A stretch of 63,061 bases of DNA, the filler included, from Platydemus manokwari (Eukaryota), in assembly GCA_037951405.1 (NCBI GenBank). It is 5 parts of 5 records of this genome, joined end to end, with 100 filler letters (N's around TTAATTAATTAA, not from the genome) between each part and the next. Parts side by side here need not be neighbours in the genome. Positions count along the whole stretch, not along the records: positions 10,722 to 26,117 come from JBBMOY011290317.1; positions 26,218 to 38,106 come from JBBMOY010411111.1; 3 more parts are not named here. One strand, written 5' to 3'. Below the pieces are notes generated by a model, which saw only the letters and a program-made list of their open reading frames with translations, had not been told where the DNA came from and made no database searches. Below, in pieces: positions 14,381 to 28,229 of this stretch. A program made the translations under genes and the position numbers. How positions within the stretch are numbered: position 1 is the first letter of the stretch; every line of letters begins with the position of its first letter.

Positions 14381-17300
14381 TTTATAGTGAAACAATTTGT
14401 TATTTATTACCATCTGATTCCAGTGTAATTTATCAATAATTTTTCATAGCAATAATGTGAAATTGATCTATTGATCTAAAATGATGATTTTTTATCAATA
14501 TTTTCATGAATCGATTTTGAATCACAATATTTGATCTTGATCGATATTAATAATAAACAAAAAATTACTAATCAATTGCTGACATTCTAAAATGTAATTT
14601 TTAATAATCTTAACATTAATTCACCTAAATGTCTCATCATGTTCTCATAGAACAAACATCTTCACTCAATTTTTCATTCATCACATTGAAACAGTTAAAA
14701 CCATTTTGTTTGCTGTTGGTTTTTTGGTGGAATATTTTTATATAATATTTATAATTGAGTATTTGCATATTGGCGGGAATTTATTTGTTCTGATATCTAT
14801 TTTCTGGTTTATTTCATTAATTTAATGTATCTCTGATGATTAAATACAGCCGCAATTTTATCATTGGCGACTACATATATTGGTTTCGTGGTTTGAAATA
14901 AAAATAATGATTTTTTCTGATAATTGATCATGGGATTTTCATATAATTTATGAGATATATTTTTGAGATGAATCGATTGGTGATGAATGAAATGGCATTC
15001 ATTTTTGAAATTCACAAGTCCATGAATAATTAGGAATTAAAGGTGGTAATTTTTCAGGCAAATTGTTGTGTTGTTAAAGTTTTATATATAAAAAATAGAC
15101 AAAAATTTAAAAAATGCAACACCTTCAAAATATGGGAAACTCCTAAAGTCTGGTACTCCTAACCTGGTACTTTAAAGTAAATATATGAGCAATTCGAAGG
15201 AATTTTACTAAGTTCGTCATCATTAGAATATAGAAACTAATAAAAGACTAAGCGTTGGTGTCGATTGCTAATATTGAAAGGTATTAATATTTGCCAGGAA
15301 CAAATATACAAGAATATTTACAAAATTATGATGAGATTATTAATAATTGCAATGAAAAAGGATGCGATGAAAATATGATGCAACATCATGTTAATTAGAT
15401 TTCAAATGATTTTTTTGGGTTTTTTGAATATAATTGAAATTGAATTAAAATTTTGGTGTTATACGATAACAAGCAGACATATTTTCGAGTTATAAATACG
15501 ACATTAGGTGGCGATTTTATTCTCAACAGAATCTGCTCTTCTCAGATACGTAGGAAGGGTTTGAACTCTCTGATATTAAAAATAATATTTAAATATAAAT
15601 AGTCAGGGTGAATATTAACTATCCTAAAAAAATAGGAATAATAATAAATAATCAAATAAAATGATACAATGGAATAAATTCTATTAAATAAAATAAAAAT
15701 CTAATTTTAGAGTATTCAAAGATACATTTTACTATTGTGGACGAATATACCATTCAGGACAAAATTTAGGTGTGTCCAACTAGGTGCGAGAGACCCATGT
15801 CATTAAAAAAGGAGATGGGAGAGAAGTATTGGCCTTAATAAATTTTAAATCAACCACACAGCTATCGAGATATTTGAGAGGGCATAAGAGTAATTTAAAA
15901 TTTTTCTCATCATAATGTTATCGGATAAATTTCTTTGAATGATAAATATTTGAAATCTTCCTGACAATAGTTTAACTGCTTCGGAATTGAAAACGTTTCG
16001 TAATAATAGTTAAACTACTGTTAAATGATAATTATAAATGCTTCGTAGATTAAAATTGCTTTGGAAAACCAATTGTAGTACAAACAATGTTTTGAGCGCG
16101 TGAAATAAAGTGCAATATACTGATTTTGTATTTCTCATGCATCATATTGATGTGCGAAATTTTGTCTCGTTTTGTTACTAATTTTAGGGACTCTCAAAAC
16201 ATCATGTCTAAATTTAGCATTAGCCTACTTTTGCATTTTAGCTACTTGAGTTGCTAAATTGACCTATACTATTTTTAACAATGACGTAGTTACTAAAAAT
16301 ATATTTTGAAATACTTTTTTTGATTTTGACCTTAGTTCTTATTTCGGTGATCTTGGGGTCATTTAAACAAAAGACTTTGTTATGGCGAAACAAATTTTTT
16401 ATTTTATTTATTTTAAATTAACTTTAGTGTGAAAATTTTTTGAATTTTATTTATTTTCTTTTTGAATTTTATGTGGAAATTTTTTTATTTACTTTTTTAT
16501 TTCTCTTAGATACTTTTTATTCTTAAGACTATTTATACTTTAATGCCTAGTTATGTAATGTAAGAACGGATTTTAAATTTTTTATAATTTTATTTTCTCT
16601 TAATGCTTAATATTTTATATCACGAGTATAGTTGGATTCCACAGATTTGCAAGAAAAATATGTTGCAGGTTTGGAAATGCTACATAGAATGAATAATATT
16701 CCTAATTCAACTTTTTGATAAAAATTAGAAAGATTTATTATTGTCACAATTATAAAAGGTAAATAGTGATTGGTTAAGCCTTAAGTCGGACAAAGAAATC
16801 ATCTAGAGACAGACCTGGTAGAAGAAGTAATGCGAAGTAATAAATGGCATGAAACATCTCGATTAGGATCCTTTAATCAAAGAACTTCTTCATGCATATT
16901 AGAAAAATAATAAATTTATAAATGTAAAAATATTTTCAAAAGATAATACTCGTGGTGGAGATTTTGTTGTTATGCCAAAAGAATCTGCTGAAGGTTTAAA
17001 TTTGTTCGTTTCATAATTTAATAACCAACAATAATATAAAAATTTTAATATTTATTTAAAACATAACATCGAATTATAAAGACATACTTCTCAAGCAATA
17101 ATAACCTGAAAAAAAAAATATTTAATTTGCTTTTGTAATTATGCTTATACTTTTTAAAAAGCCAATTGAACTGATCGCATAATTACAAGATATTATTTTC
17201 TTAATAGAATAATTATAAAAACATTAAATTAAAATAATATTGATAGTAATTCTACATACTAACACGTTGAGTGGGTATTTTATATTTGTGTTATGTTATT

Positions 17301-17659
17301 GTTTAAAATAAATTCATTCTAGCGCATATTTGAAAAGGATGTTCATGATAAACTATATATTAAATTGGAGGCAACTGTATAAAGAAGTTCATTCCAATAT
17401 CATAATCAATATTGGTCTTCCTTATATACTTCTATTATTTTGATTTAATTTATATAGATTTTTTCGATTTTCATGTACTTTAATATCTGAAATGTTTTTA
17501 AAGTTAAATTGCAAATTTCACAATTTTCCCCATCATTTTTCTATTAATAATTTTTAATAAGGTTTCTGAATACTTGAATTTTATTAGTAAATCATATTTA
17601 AAAATGAATTTCTATTTTGTAAAAAATATTTTGATAATAGTAGTCTTAGTACTTAAATT

Positions 17660-18770
17660 TGAATGAGCGCGAACGGGAACGAACGAAATTTTTGGCCCAG
17701 TATTGTACCAAATACCGAGCATGACTTCTCCTAACCTAAGTCAAGGCAAAATAAATGGCAAATCTTTATTGTACAAAATTTTTTATGCAACAGGAAACTG
17801 TCACCAAGGTGCCTGACATTTTGAAGATTATTATGGCAGATTAATTGATCGCCAGCGAATTTTTTTTTCATTTGAGAGATGTTAATAACCGAAAGTGTTG
17901 TCGAAACAACATGCTCCAAAATTCGTGATTATAAATACTACAATGACGTTGGTGCAGTTGCTAATACTTGAAATTAACTGGATAATATTTTCTTCATATG
18001 AAATGCATTTAATTATCCTGGCATTTGAAAATCTTCCGTTTGTTACATTCTTGTAACGAACTTGAGTATCGAAACATATCACTCTGGCTTATTTCAAAAT
18101 CTTTATTGAAGATAACTATTGAGTCTTTTTAAAGACTTCATCTTATTCCAACAAAATCGTCAACCAACAAAGAAACTTTTAGACAGATAATGTATTGTTC
18201 TATCTTTATATCAATCACCATAAGTTTGTTTGTTGGTCTGATATAAACCAAATTTCTTCATACTAAATTCATGTATCAACGCGGTGTCAGTGTGCTGTTT
18301 CATATTTCATCAGTACAGCTGTTAACTGTGAACATTATCTCTCTATGTTTTGAAATCCAGGCTGTGTTCTTGCAGGATGGAACCTTGCACATCTGCCGAC
18401 CATACATCGGTCATTCGAAACATAACTTTGCAATTATTACTCTCTTAGGAAATCTTTTCGAATAGCCATTACAATCAACCTACTAATCATGTGATATATT
18501 TCTTTGATGTTATATGAAAGAATCATCCTCAAGCCTTGGGTGAAAATTATTCTGAATCGTCGTCATCAATGCCCACCTTTAATTGATATTTGTTTTGTTG
18601 CAAATATATCATTGCTCAGCTTATTTCTTTTTCCTTTTCCTTTTTGTTGGTTTAATATTCTTCAAATCCTCCACATTTACTTTTCGGATACTTGTTTCCC
18701 ATTTTCTGACACTGTCCAGTTTATTTTATTAAAAACGTTGGTGTTCCCCTATGTGCGTTATCTCTGATTT
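17660..18770 (-). mobile_element. Decayed hAT transposase remnant
   Basis: Degenerate hAT motifs in the expected order on the minus strand: RCAR.H (cf. RCxAH), EI*NSTL (cf. TRWNST), LATAPTS (cf. C-terminal dimerisation region); many stops and frameshifts. Confidence 0.4.
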
Positions 18771-21119
18771 TTTATAGTTTATGGAGAACATTATACAATG
18801 ATAAGTGTTCTTTATTTTATGTCTATGTTAATATGGTTATTTTATTTATTTTATTATTAATGCGAAGAAAAATCACTATTATAATCCAAATATTTGAATA
18901 ACCAACCTATATAAAAAGTTAATTAATAAATGATCACAAAATAAACCATCTAAATATTCCAGTAGAAAAATTAACCGAATAAATATAATCCCATTAATTA
19001 AATATTCAGAATCCGGATATCCAATCGAAGAACAAGAGGTATAAATGGCTTATACCTCATCCAAAATATATTTGAAAGCACTACTTGACCTTATTAGGAA
19101 ATGACTAAACACGATTTCGAAGCCATGAATAAACGAATATTGATTGTATTTTCCACCGAGCTCGCGAATTTCATCAGAAGTTATGTTTGTATGTTCTGTA
19201 ATCCATTAGAGTGATGAATTTGGTTTTTATCTTCCACTATTATTCTGTCTTTTGTGATTTCCAGAGGCTTATCAGCTTCTGAATTCGTTAAACCAAATGA
19301 AATATATCAAAAAAACTACCATTATATTTTTCACCCTGACATAATAATCAGTAATTTGATGATTATTGATTGTGGTGTTAGCAATCAGGAAATTCAGTCT
19401 CAATTGTTTATGTTAAGTTGGATTTATTTTACTTCAATCACTTCATTCAATAGCTTTTATTTCTTAATTAATCCTCAAATTTTATTCTGTAAATTTAAAA
19501 AAATATAATGAAAATAATTCAATGATAAGTGATAAAAATTATGAATGGCATTTAATTAAAACAAATTTTTATTAAAACTTAGGAAGCCGAATGTACTGAA
19601 TAATATATAATAGATATCTAAGTAAATTTCAAAAAGTGATATCTGCAAGTGCAATTGATTTAAACTGCGACCTTGCAAGAAACAACGTAGGTTTCATTTA
19701 TCCCATCATTCTTATAGGAGCTGAAACATTCAAGAGACTGATGTATGTATTTGGAATATCAAATTTATGTGTTACGATTATTAAAATGAATTGGAACGGT
19801 ATCTTACTAGTCCCGCAAAAATGCCAGATAATATTCTACTATCGGTACCAATGCTTAACAATGACTACAAAATTTCAGCCATTGTGTTTTGTTTGAACGA
19901 ACATCTCATTCCAGTTGTTTAGCTATTTATATCAACCTGACTTATGTTATAATTTCTTTTCCTTTTATTAATTATCGAATTCTTAAATTTTATCTCGATA
20001 TCATTGTCATTTTATTTTAAATAATGTTCTGGATTTAATTCCTTAGTCGGAATTCTGAAATATGTAATCTTAACGATTATTTCTGGAATTGTTCATGATT
20101 TATTACAATACACGTTATTTAAACAAATGTTCATTATTTTCTGTAATTATTCACCGGGTAAACGTAGTGAAACAATGGAAAATCACCTATTTGATGAAAC
20201 TTTGTTAGAGTGGTCCCACCTTAAATAGTTAAACACCAAAATGGAATCATTTTAATATTAAGTTATTTTTAAAATAATTAATGAGAATATTTGAGAAATT
20301 AAGTAAGATTAATGGTCTTCCTAAGAGATCAAAACTAATCTTGCCAAATTTCGAAAATTAGTTAGAATCAAATACGTATAATATTCTTAATGAATGAAGA
20401 GTAAATAAAACTTAATTAATAAAATATTGTATTAAGTAGTGGAAAATAAAATAATAATTACTAAAAATAATTAATAAAATTAAAAAAAAACAATGAGGAA
20501 TTTGTTTAACAATGAAGAGCCCAAAGATAGACAAAACAAAATAAAACAAGTAAAATAAAAAGTAAAACAAATATAATTGAAAACAAATATAATTGAAAGT
20601 AAATCGTGATTAAAGAATAAAACAAGAGGAGAATAATAAATATTAATGACTAAAAATTAATGATAAACGTACGAAATAAAGTTAAATTAATATGTGACAT
20701 TGGAATAAAATGGAATAATAATTTCTAAGGTTAAATTATGAAATTTATGAATTTAAAATTCAGAAAAACAGTTATGAACTATTTCCGGTAGCTGAAATAA
20801 ATAATCAGTACTCTCACACTGCAGTAAGTTTAAACAAAAGGATGCGCACAGAAAGGATGTGCATGGTTTGAATGAGTATTTAAAGAGCGAGATAACTCTT
20901 TATTTTCACCATTCAACCAGAAACTACAAAAAGGTAAAATGTTTATTATTAAAGTGCAGATGTACGAGAGTGGAGTATATTGTATTGTCGTATTAGCAAT
21001 GTGATAATTTGTGAAGTACTGTGTTACAACGTTATATTAGCCATGAGTAGATTCTAAGCATAATTATCCAGTAGAAGTATCAGAACTTGGTCTTTGTTTT
21101 ATTAATTTACCTTTATCGG

Positions 21120-21195
21120 GGCCTGTGTCCTTGAAACATTGATATCTGGTGTAAATTGTAAGTAAAGTCTATCTTAGTCAGAAAGACGTATTTAT
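21120..21195 (-). mobile_element. Gypsy-type reverse transcriptase fragment
   Basis: Reads KYVFLTKIDFTYNLHQISM, resembling the RT motif FSKIDLxSAYHQIPM; surroundings decayed. Confidence 0.4.
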
Positions 21196-24100
21196 TTTTA
21201 CTCACTGTGCGTCGAAATTATAGTAGGAGTAAGATGAGGTAATTATAGCCGAGCCGTTAAGTCAAAGTAATTTTAAACTTAACAACTTCATAAATTGTTT
21301 TTAGCAATTAATTTGCAAAAGTAACAACTGAAAATAAAATATTTACTTGACATTTTAATAATATATACCTAGCATGTGGTATTTACTGCACAGTGTTGCC
21401 AATAAAAATAATATAAATATGATGATAATCAATTGACGAATACTAGTAAGAGAAAATGCTGGAATTGCACTTAATTTTAATAAATTATAATCAGAATCTT
21501 AACGAACCAGAAATCAAACAGAGATCTTAGTCAATCAGAACTGGATGAATATTTTAAAGGGTATTCGTGACGGTTTTTACCAACTCTTGTGATTGTATTG
21601 TTGAGAAGTATCGCATAAGAATTCAAAAGAGTGGTAGTTAGACCAAAACTAGTTTCTCGGCCGAATTTTTACCGTTTTATGCATTGACATATTCTTTATT
21701 AAGAACTTAGTCTTCAAGTTATCGATTTTTGTACAATGTTATCCAAAATACATCTTAGTGAAACGACTTATCGTCTTTTGGAGTCAGATAAGTAAATGCA
21801 CATGAAGATCTGACATGCTATGTTGTTTGATGGAGTGCGTTCATTTGAAAAGTTTTATTGAGGAAATTTAAAAATGATATCTTAATTTACTATTATGAAT
21901 TTTGTACCAGAGGATTTTTGAACAACCGGAACGATTATTTGTTCTGCGAGACCTTTGTTTTTAGGTATTATATGTAGTCGTGTTTTAACTAACACAGAAA
22001 TATATCCAATAACTATCCAGAATCTGGATAAAGCTCCAATGTGCAAATAAACATGAAATCCAAATTCAAAACAAAGTCTTGACTTGAATGAATGTCCGAG
22101 TGACTACTGGAGATTAGACAAACCAAAACGATTATTATATTAAATGGTACATAACGGGCAGCTAATTGAGCGCTTATAAACAAGCATTGGTTTATGGTAA
22201 CTTATTCATTTCAAACGACAGCAATATCTAATTAAATATTATTATTAAATTAAAAAACTACTACTGGCAACGATGAACTCTAAAATTTATCAGATGACTT
22301 TAAACTATATTAAAAATTTAGAAAAATGAAAATATTTTTCAAAATGACTTTCTTTTCACTTTTCAGCGAATATTCTGATAAGAAATGAAAAAAATGATAA
22401 AGATAAGTGTCGTGTTACATTATTTACACACAGATGTTCCTTTTGCTTACCGCTTTTGATAAATTCTTAAATGAAATCACTTTGTAGATTTGCGATAGAA
22501 TTTTTGAAAATTAGATCTGTAAAATCTATATTTTTTGAAAAGAAATTTCAATGATCTTAAAAATATAATAATTCTCGAATTACGTAATCAAATAATGCAG
22601 TTTAATTCTACATTCAATCTGAAGAGAGATATTTCCTTATAAACAAAATCATATTTGGTGTGATGAAATGATTTTAGGGTTATCATCATTTGAATAAATC
22701 GCAAATGCAAGCACATTCAACCCGCTTGTGACAGGAGTTTCAAACTGAAGCTCGACAAAGAATTATATAATTGATTTCCATTTAATTCTGCTTGATATTT
22801 TGTATTATCAAAAACAATTTAAGAGCAAGTATTTTGATGCATTACATAATATTTATTATTTCTTCCACATTATATTTAGATAATGCCTGCATTTCTGTAA
22901 TTACATGAATTTCTCTTACATCAAAGCAAAGTATTTGCTTATATTATCAGTGATGGACTTAATGATGAAACCAATTATTTTATAGGTTCTTAAATGAGTT
23001 CATTGATACTTTGTTTATTTTATTTGACTTCTTCTATTTTTAATGATGACTGTTCTGTTATTTAGACTCAATAATTTATATAGCCAACATTGTAATTATC
23101 TCCAACGAGTGAAATTTGGCCATTTTTAGTGAATAACTATTATCGAGACCCATCTTTAAAAACAAAGCATTTCTGCGCTTTCTTATATCTGCCTGTACTC
23201 GCAACAGAAACTATTAAGACCATAATGAATTGATAATTCTTTATCTTTGCTTTGATTTCTGCGATATTTTTTAAATTTTTTATTGAAAAACAAATATATC
23301 ACATTCAATACTATATTTTTTTAAAAACATTGGCTTCGTCGAAAGAAATAAGAACAAAATTTATATGAGAATGAAATATATTTGCGACACCCGGACAGCA
23401 ATCAAGAATGTGTTGTTATGTTTTCGTGGATTTTATTAGTAGATTTTATGATAGATTTAAGAATCCAAAGAAGCTTAATAAACATATGAAAATTAATGAT
23501 TTGACGCGATTTTAAATTCGTTGATAAAAAACGATCGATAATGATTTTAAAAATCTGACTCCAATAGGTGCAGTTAGCGTTTGGTAAATTTATCACTTTA
23601 AAATACAAATGAAATAAGAAAATAAGCAACAAATATTATAATAAAATGTTATTGGTGAATCAAAATCAATACAATATTGATTAGAGACAATGTAATAATT
23701 AATAGCAGAAATTATAGCTTATCAATAGGAAACAGGGATTTGATTTAAATAATTAATTAACTTATTATTGAATATTCTATCGTGTTAGAGAAATTGTTGA
23801 GGATGGCTCCTATGCCTGTGGCCGTATAATCCATGTATACTGTTAAGATATTACTGATGGTTAGGCATAAAGTTCCATCAACCACTCTTAAAATTCAATT
23901 TACTGATTTTAGATTTTATTCGTTACTGTCCTAAGTGCTAGGTAGTTATTGGCAATATTTGCTTTAAGAGGACTAAACTAATTAAATTTAGCCATAAGCA
24001 TTATCGTTTGTCTTTGTTTATAAATCGGATTAACTCAATTAATAAATATTCTTGTTGGAATTTATTATGGGTTTTTAGTGTCACTATAGGCACCAGTAGA

Positions 24101-24952
24101 TAATTGTGTTAAATTGAAACTTTGAAGCTAGTTATTTGAATTCTAAACATTGAACAGATGCAGTAGGTTTGTGAGCTTCTTCAGCAACAATGAAACAATT
24201 AATGATAATTCTTTTTCTATGGGGATAAATTAGGAAGCATAAGATAGACGAAAAAGTTCCGAAATAATTTTAAGATCAAAATCTACGGAGATAGAATGAC
24301 AATCGAAACGGTAGTTCATATCTTGGAAGCCTGACAGCTTAGAAATCGTCAAGTTCATAATTTATGAAATGACTAAAAATTTGAAGCTTCTGCACTTGGT
24401 TAAATTTAAATCAAACGATACGAACGAGTTTATTTGACTGTCGTTCTACTCACAATATTTCATGGATTTCATGACAATTTTATATCATATATATGTAATT
24501 CAAAATTGCTGGAGCTTCTCCAGATCAAGGATTTAATAACTGAAGAATATGTATTGTATCCTTTGTTTAAAATTATTAAAATTATAAAATTTTTTCCTTC
24601 AAATGTAATGTTAAATGATGAAAATAGACAATTAGTTTGTGACAATCAAGGATTTATGCATATTTTTTTATCAAATGCATTAGACACGGATATCTCAAAT
24701 TTCTGCACTTCTGTTTTTTGTTCAATGGTTAGCTTTTTTGCGAATTTTTGTATTTTTAAAGGTTCATTCTTTAATCCAACAGAATTATAATCCAATAGAA
24801 TGATGACCACCATTTCTATTTATCGATGTTAAGTAAAGTGCATTACTTTCAAAATCTTTCCTTGAAAATCTATATTTATGATGTCATTGTGACATCATTA
24901 TTTATTATATATCACAATTATTTGGAAATTATATAAGTTTTTGTCGAAAAAA

Positions 24953-25906
24953 ATGAAAAATGTTTTCAAAATTAAGACGAATAAAATTACCAAAACATCT
25001 TCCAACAGCCAAGCCGACAATTTGACAAAAGATATCGATAAAAATGAACCCACGAAATGCCAAATTACGGTAAAGCAAATCGAATTACCAAATAAAGCCA
25101 ACAAAAAGGTTGACACTGACGATCATACAGCAAAAGCCTCTTCAATGAAAACCCATGTCAAAGACAATAAGAAACCAGAAAATTTTATTCAGAAATTGAA
25201 AGCGAAAGCGAAATCCCTTGATATAGTTGCTGGAAGAAAGAAGTTAAAAAAAATTGAAAAAGAAAAAATGAGATCCCAATTGAAAAAATTGAAGGAACTC
25301 AAAGATGAAATCTCGAAGGTCAAGGAAGAAATCAAAAGTTTTGATAAATCTATCTGGAATTTGAAACAATCTTCAGGACAATTTCTTGAGTTTGTAAGGA
25401 TTCTGAAATAGAGATCGTTGAATAACAAATTGTTGATTTTTTCATTTTTAGGATAACGAATCAAATGACAGCAAAGATGTTTTCAGGGAATTTCAAGTTA
25501 TGTGGGATAATTATGACAATTTTTGTCAATTATTAGAAATTACGGATAAAAATCATGAAGATGAATTTTTAAATGAAAAAGTGGTAAGTAACATGATATT
25601 CACTTGATATTTTACACAATAAAAAAATTAATATTCTGTATGCAGCAACAAGACTTTTTGAACGCCAAGCTCCACAAATACCTGAAAAATATATTGGACG
25701 AATCTATGGAAAAACTTGATTCCTATGTGAAAAATGAAGATAGTTTGGTGAAGGGATTGGAACATATCGAAGATATATTCACAGATATACATAATCAAAC
25801 TCCGTTTGAAGCATCAATGTCGTATGTGACATCGAAAGTAAAATTCTTCATGAAGGTCTCAGAAAAATTCATTGAAACAGAACTTAACGGATCCAACAAA
25901 TTGTAA
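24953..25906 (+). CDS. Hypothetical 277-aa Lys-rich coiled-coil protein, 3 exons
   Basis: ATG at 24953; exons 24953-25393, 25452-25583, 25646-25906, all phase 0, with gtaagg/gtaagt donors; open to TAA; heptad-like LKKLKELKDEISKVKEEIKSF. Confidence 0.8.
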
Positions 25907-26117
25907 GGAATTTTCAAATTTTATCTGCAAGATTAAAATTTTTATTTAGTATTTTGAAATTTATCCGAATAGTTGTGCTTGGTACTGCTTTGCATATACT
26001 GTCGAGATGGTTCTTTTGATTTCAAGAGCCAAAAATCTATTGAGAATTTGTCCGAGACTTAATTAAACTATATTATCATAAAAATTAAAGAAAATTCATT
26101 CATAATCTTTTCTTCTT

Positions 26118-26217
26118 NNNNNNNNNNNNNNNNNNNNNNNNNNNNNNNNNNNNNNNNNNNNTTAATTAATTAANNNNNNNNNNNNNNNNNNNNNNNNNNN
26201 NNNNNNNNNNNNNNNNN
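26118..26217. other. Assembly spacer
   Basis: 44N-TTAATTAATTAA-44N. Confidence 0.97.
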
Positions 26218-26294
26218 GCGTTATAACAATTTGTGTTAATAAAATACCTGCATAAAAACATGAATAACTTTTGACTCAACCTGGTATATATATA

Positions 26295-26517
26295 CAAGGT
26301 GGCCCAAAACTGGGTTTTACATTATTAAAGTTTGTGTGTGACAGAATGTTTTGGAGAGATTTGAAGAATGTTCCAATGTTGAAGGATGATATTTAGAGCA
26401 TTTGAGAGATTGAATTGTTTATATTAACAAGTATAACGAATTTTCCAGAGTTCTGGTGTCGAATTTTCAAATAAATAGTCTATGTGATAACTGTAAAATT
26501 ACTTTTGGCCCACCCTG
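26295..26517. mobile_element. Tc1/mariner-type MITE
   Basis: TA on both flanks; imperfect TIR CAAGGTGGCCCAAAACTGGGTTTTACA / TGTAAAATTACTTTTGGCCCACCCTG; the left end recurs at 47554. Confidence 0.7.
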
Positions 26518-28229
26518 TATATAAATATATGTGTGTGTTTCTCAATTAGTCTGTGTGTGAATATCGAAATTGGCTTTTTTCAGATCACAATTTTTTAAAA
26601 ATATGTGTAACATCTTTAATATTCCTTTACAAATGTGGTTAAATTCGATCGATTTAATTCATGAGTAAAAATAGAGATTAAACAACTTACGAAAGAAATC
26701 TTAATATCTCTACTACGACTCTTCTACTTCAGTTTTGATATATTTATCTCTGTCGACCTTTGTCAGCTATTTTATACACTTAAATAAGCTTGATTGCAAT
26801 ACAATTATTGATTGACTATTCTATTGTTTTCTCAACAGTTAATTTTTAAATAAAATTCTATAATAATTTCCGCATTCGAAATCTATTGCTTAGATACTCC
26901 TCCGGTTGCCAAGCAATCAATAAATATCCACAAATGCAATAAATCGATTAAAATTTTAAATTATTTTATTTATTTGTAAAACGAGTTTCTTGCAAACGTC
27001 ATTTTCATTATATTGGGAATCACAATATCCGTCTATCTCTAAAATCAATCATTGGTATACAGTTCTGCAAAACAGCATGACAATAATTCACTTTATGTAG
27101 CAAATGCGTTAAATTAAATCTCAAAGTAAAGCCTGTATATTTATATATTTGTTAAATACTGTTTTCAGAATTTGTTGCCATGGTAAGATAATTATTCTGC
27201 TGAAGCAATGTCGAAAAAATTGGATAATGAAAATGATAATAATTCATTGGTCTAAGTTTTTTATTGAGGAAATTTAATAGTATCGCTGATTTTATTTATA
27301 ATTAGCAAATCAAGTTTGGAAATTTTGGAACTCTTTTTGATGGACTTATAAGTTATTTTTATTATGAACTCTTTCACTTAAATAGATTTATCGACCTAAG
27401 GCAACTGTGAGCAATTAAAATGAATTATTTCATTTATTAAAAAATTTCAAAGTTAATTAAAAGAAATTACAACGATAAAAAATTATTTTTTCACCTTTAT
27501 TTTACAATGATTCTTAAAAGAAGTCTTTTCAACAAAGTCCAGAAATTCTCGAATTTATATGTACTTGGTGATTTGTGAATCCAACATCAAAATTCCAAAA
27601 TTAATTACGAAAAATTATTATTATAAATTGGGAATCTCTTTCGGTTTGATATTTATTTTGGAACTTATTTTCTGTAATAGATATTAATCGATAATAATTG
27701 TTTGGTGATATTTGAGCATTGTTGATTTGATGGTGGGAAAATATATTTTGAAAATCAAGAAATGTTTTATTTTTAAATAAAATGAACTGCATTAAAAATA
27801 TTTATTTGTGATTTGAGCAATTAAAGGCGTTAATGAAATAGATTTTGCGAAAATCACTATATTTAAATTTCCATAAAAGAATGTCAAATAACATGTTTGG
27901 TTAATATTGAATAAAAATCAACTTGAATTATTAGTTAGAAATTTTCTTTGTTTCACAATTGTAGCATCATCTCTATATTTCAAAACCTATTCATTGGTAT
28001 CTGAGTGTTGATATAAGTTTTGATCATTTATCATTTTATTGGTTTTCTTTTATTTTTATGACATTTAATATCTAAAATATTTTATCGTTGAGTATTACCT
28101 TGATTTTTTGTTCACTTTTATTCATCCAGACTTTCCAAGATCATTTATAAAAAAAATTAAGAAAATTTTTAACAAATTAAATTTGATTTATTAAAAATAG
28201 TAATTTTTCGCATTTATTTCAACATTTTA

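Noticed and set aside
15350-16950. Possible Gypsy remnant (IKKGDGR near 15802)
   Set aside because: Only one short motif recognisable; too decayed to support.
23790-24450. Possible LINE endonuclease remnant (YTW motif on the minus strand)
   Set aside because: Single weak motif with no continuous frame.
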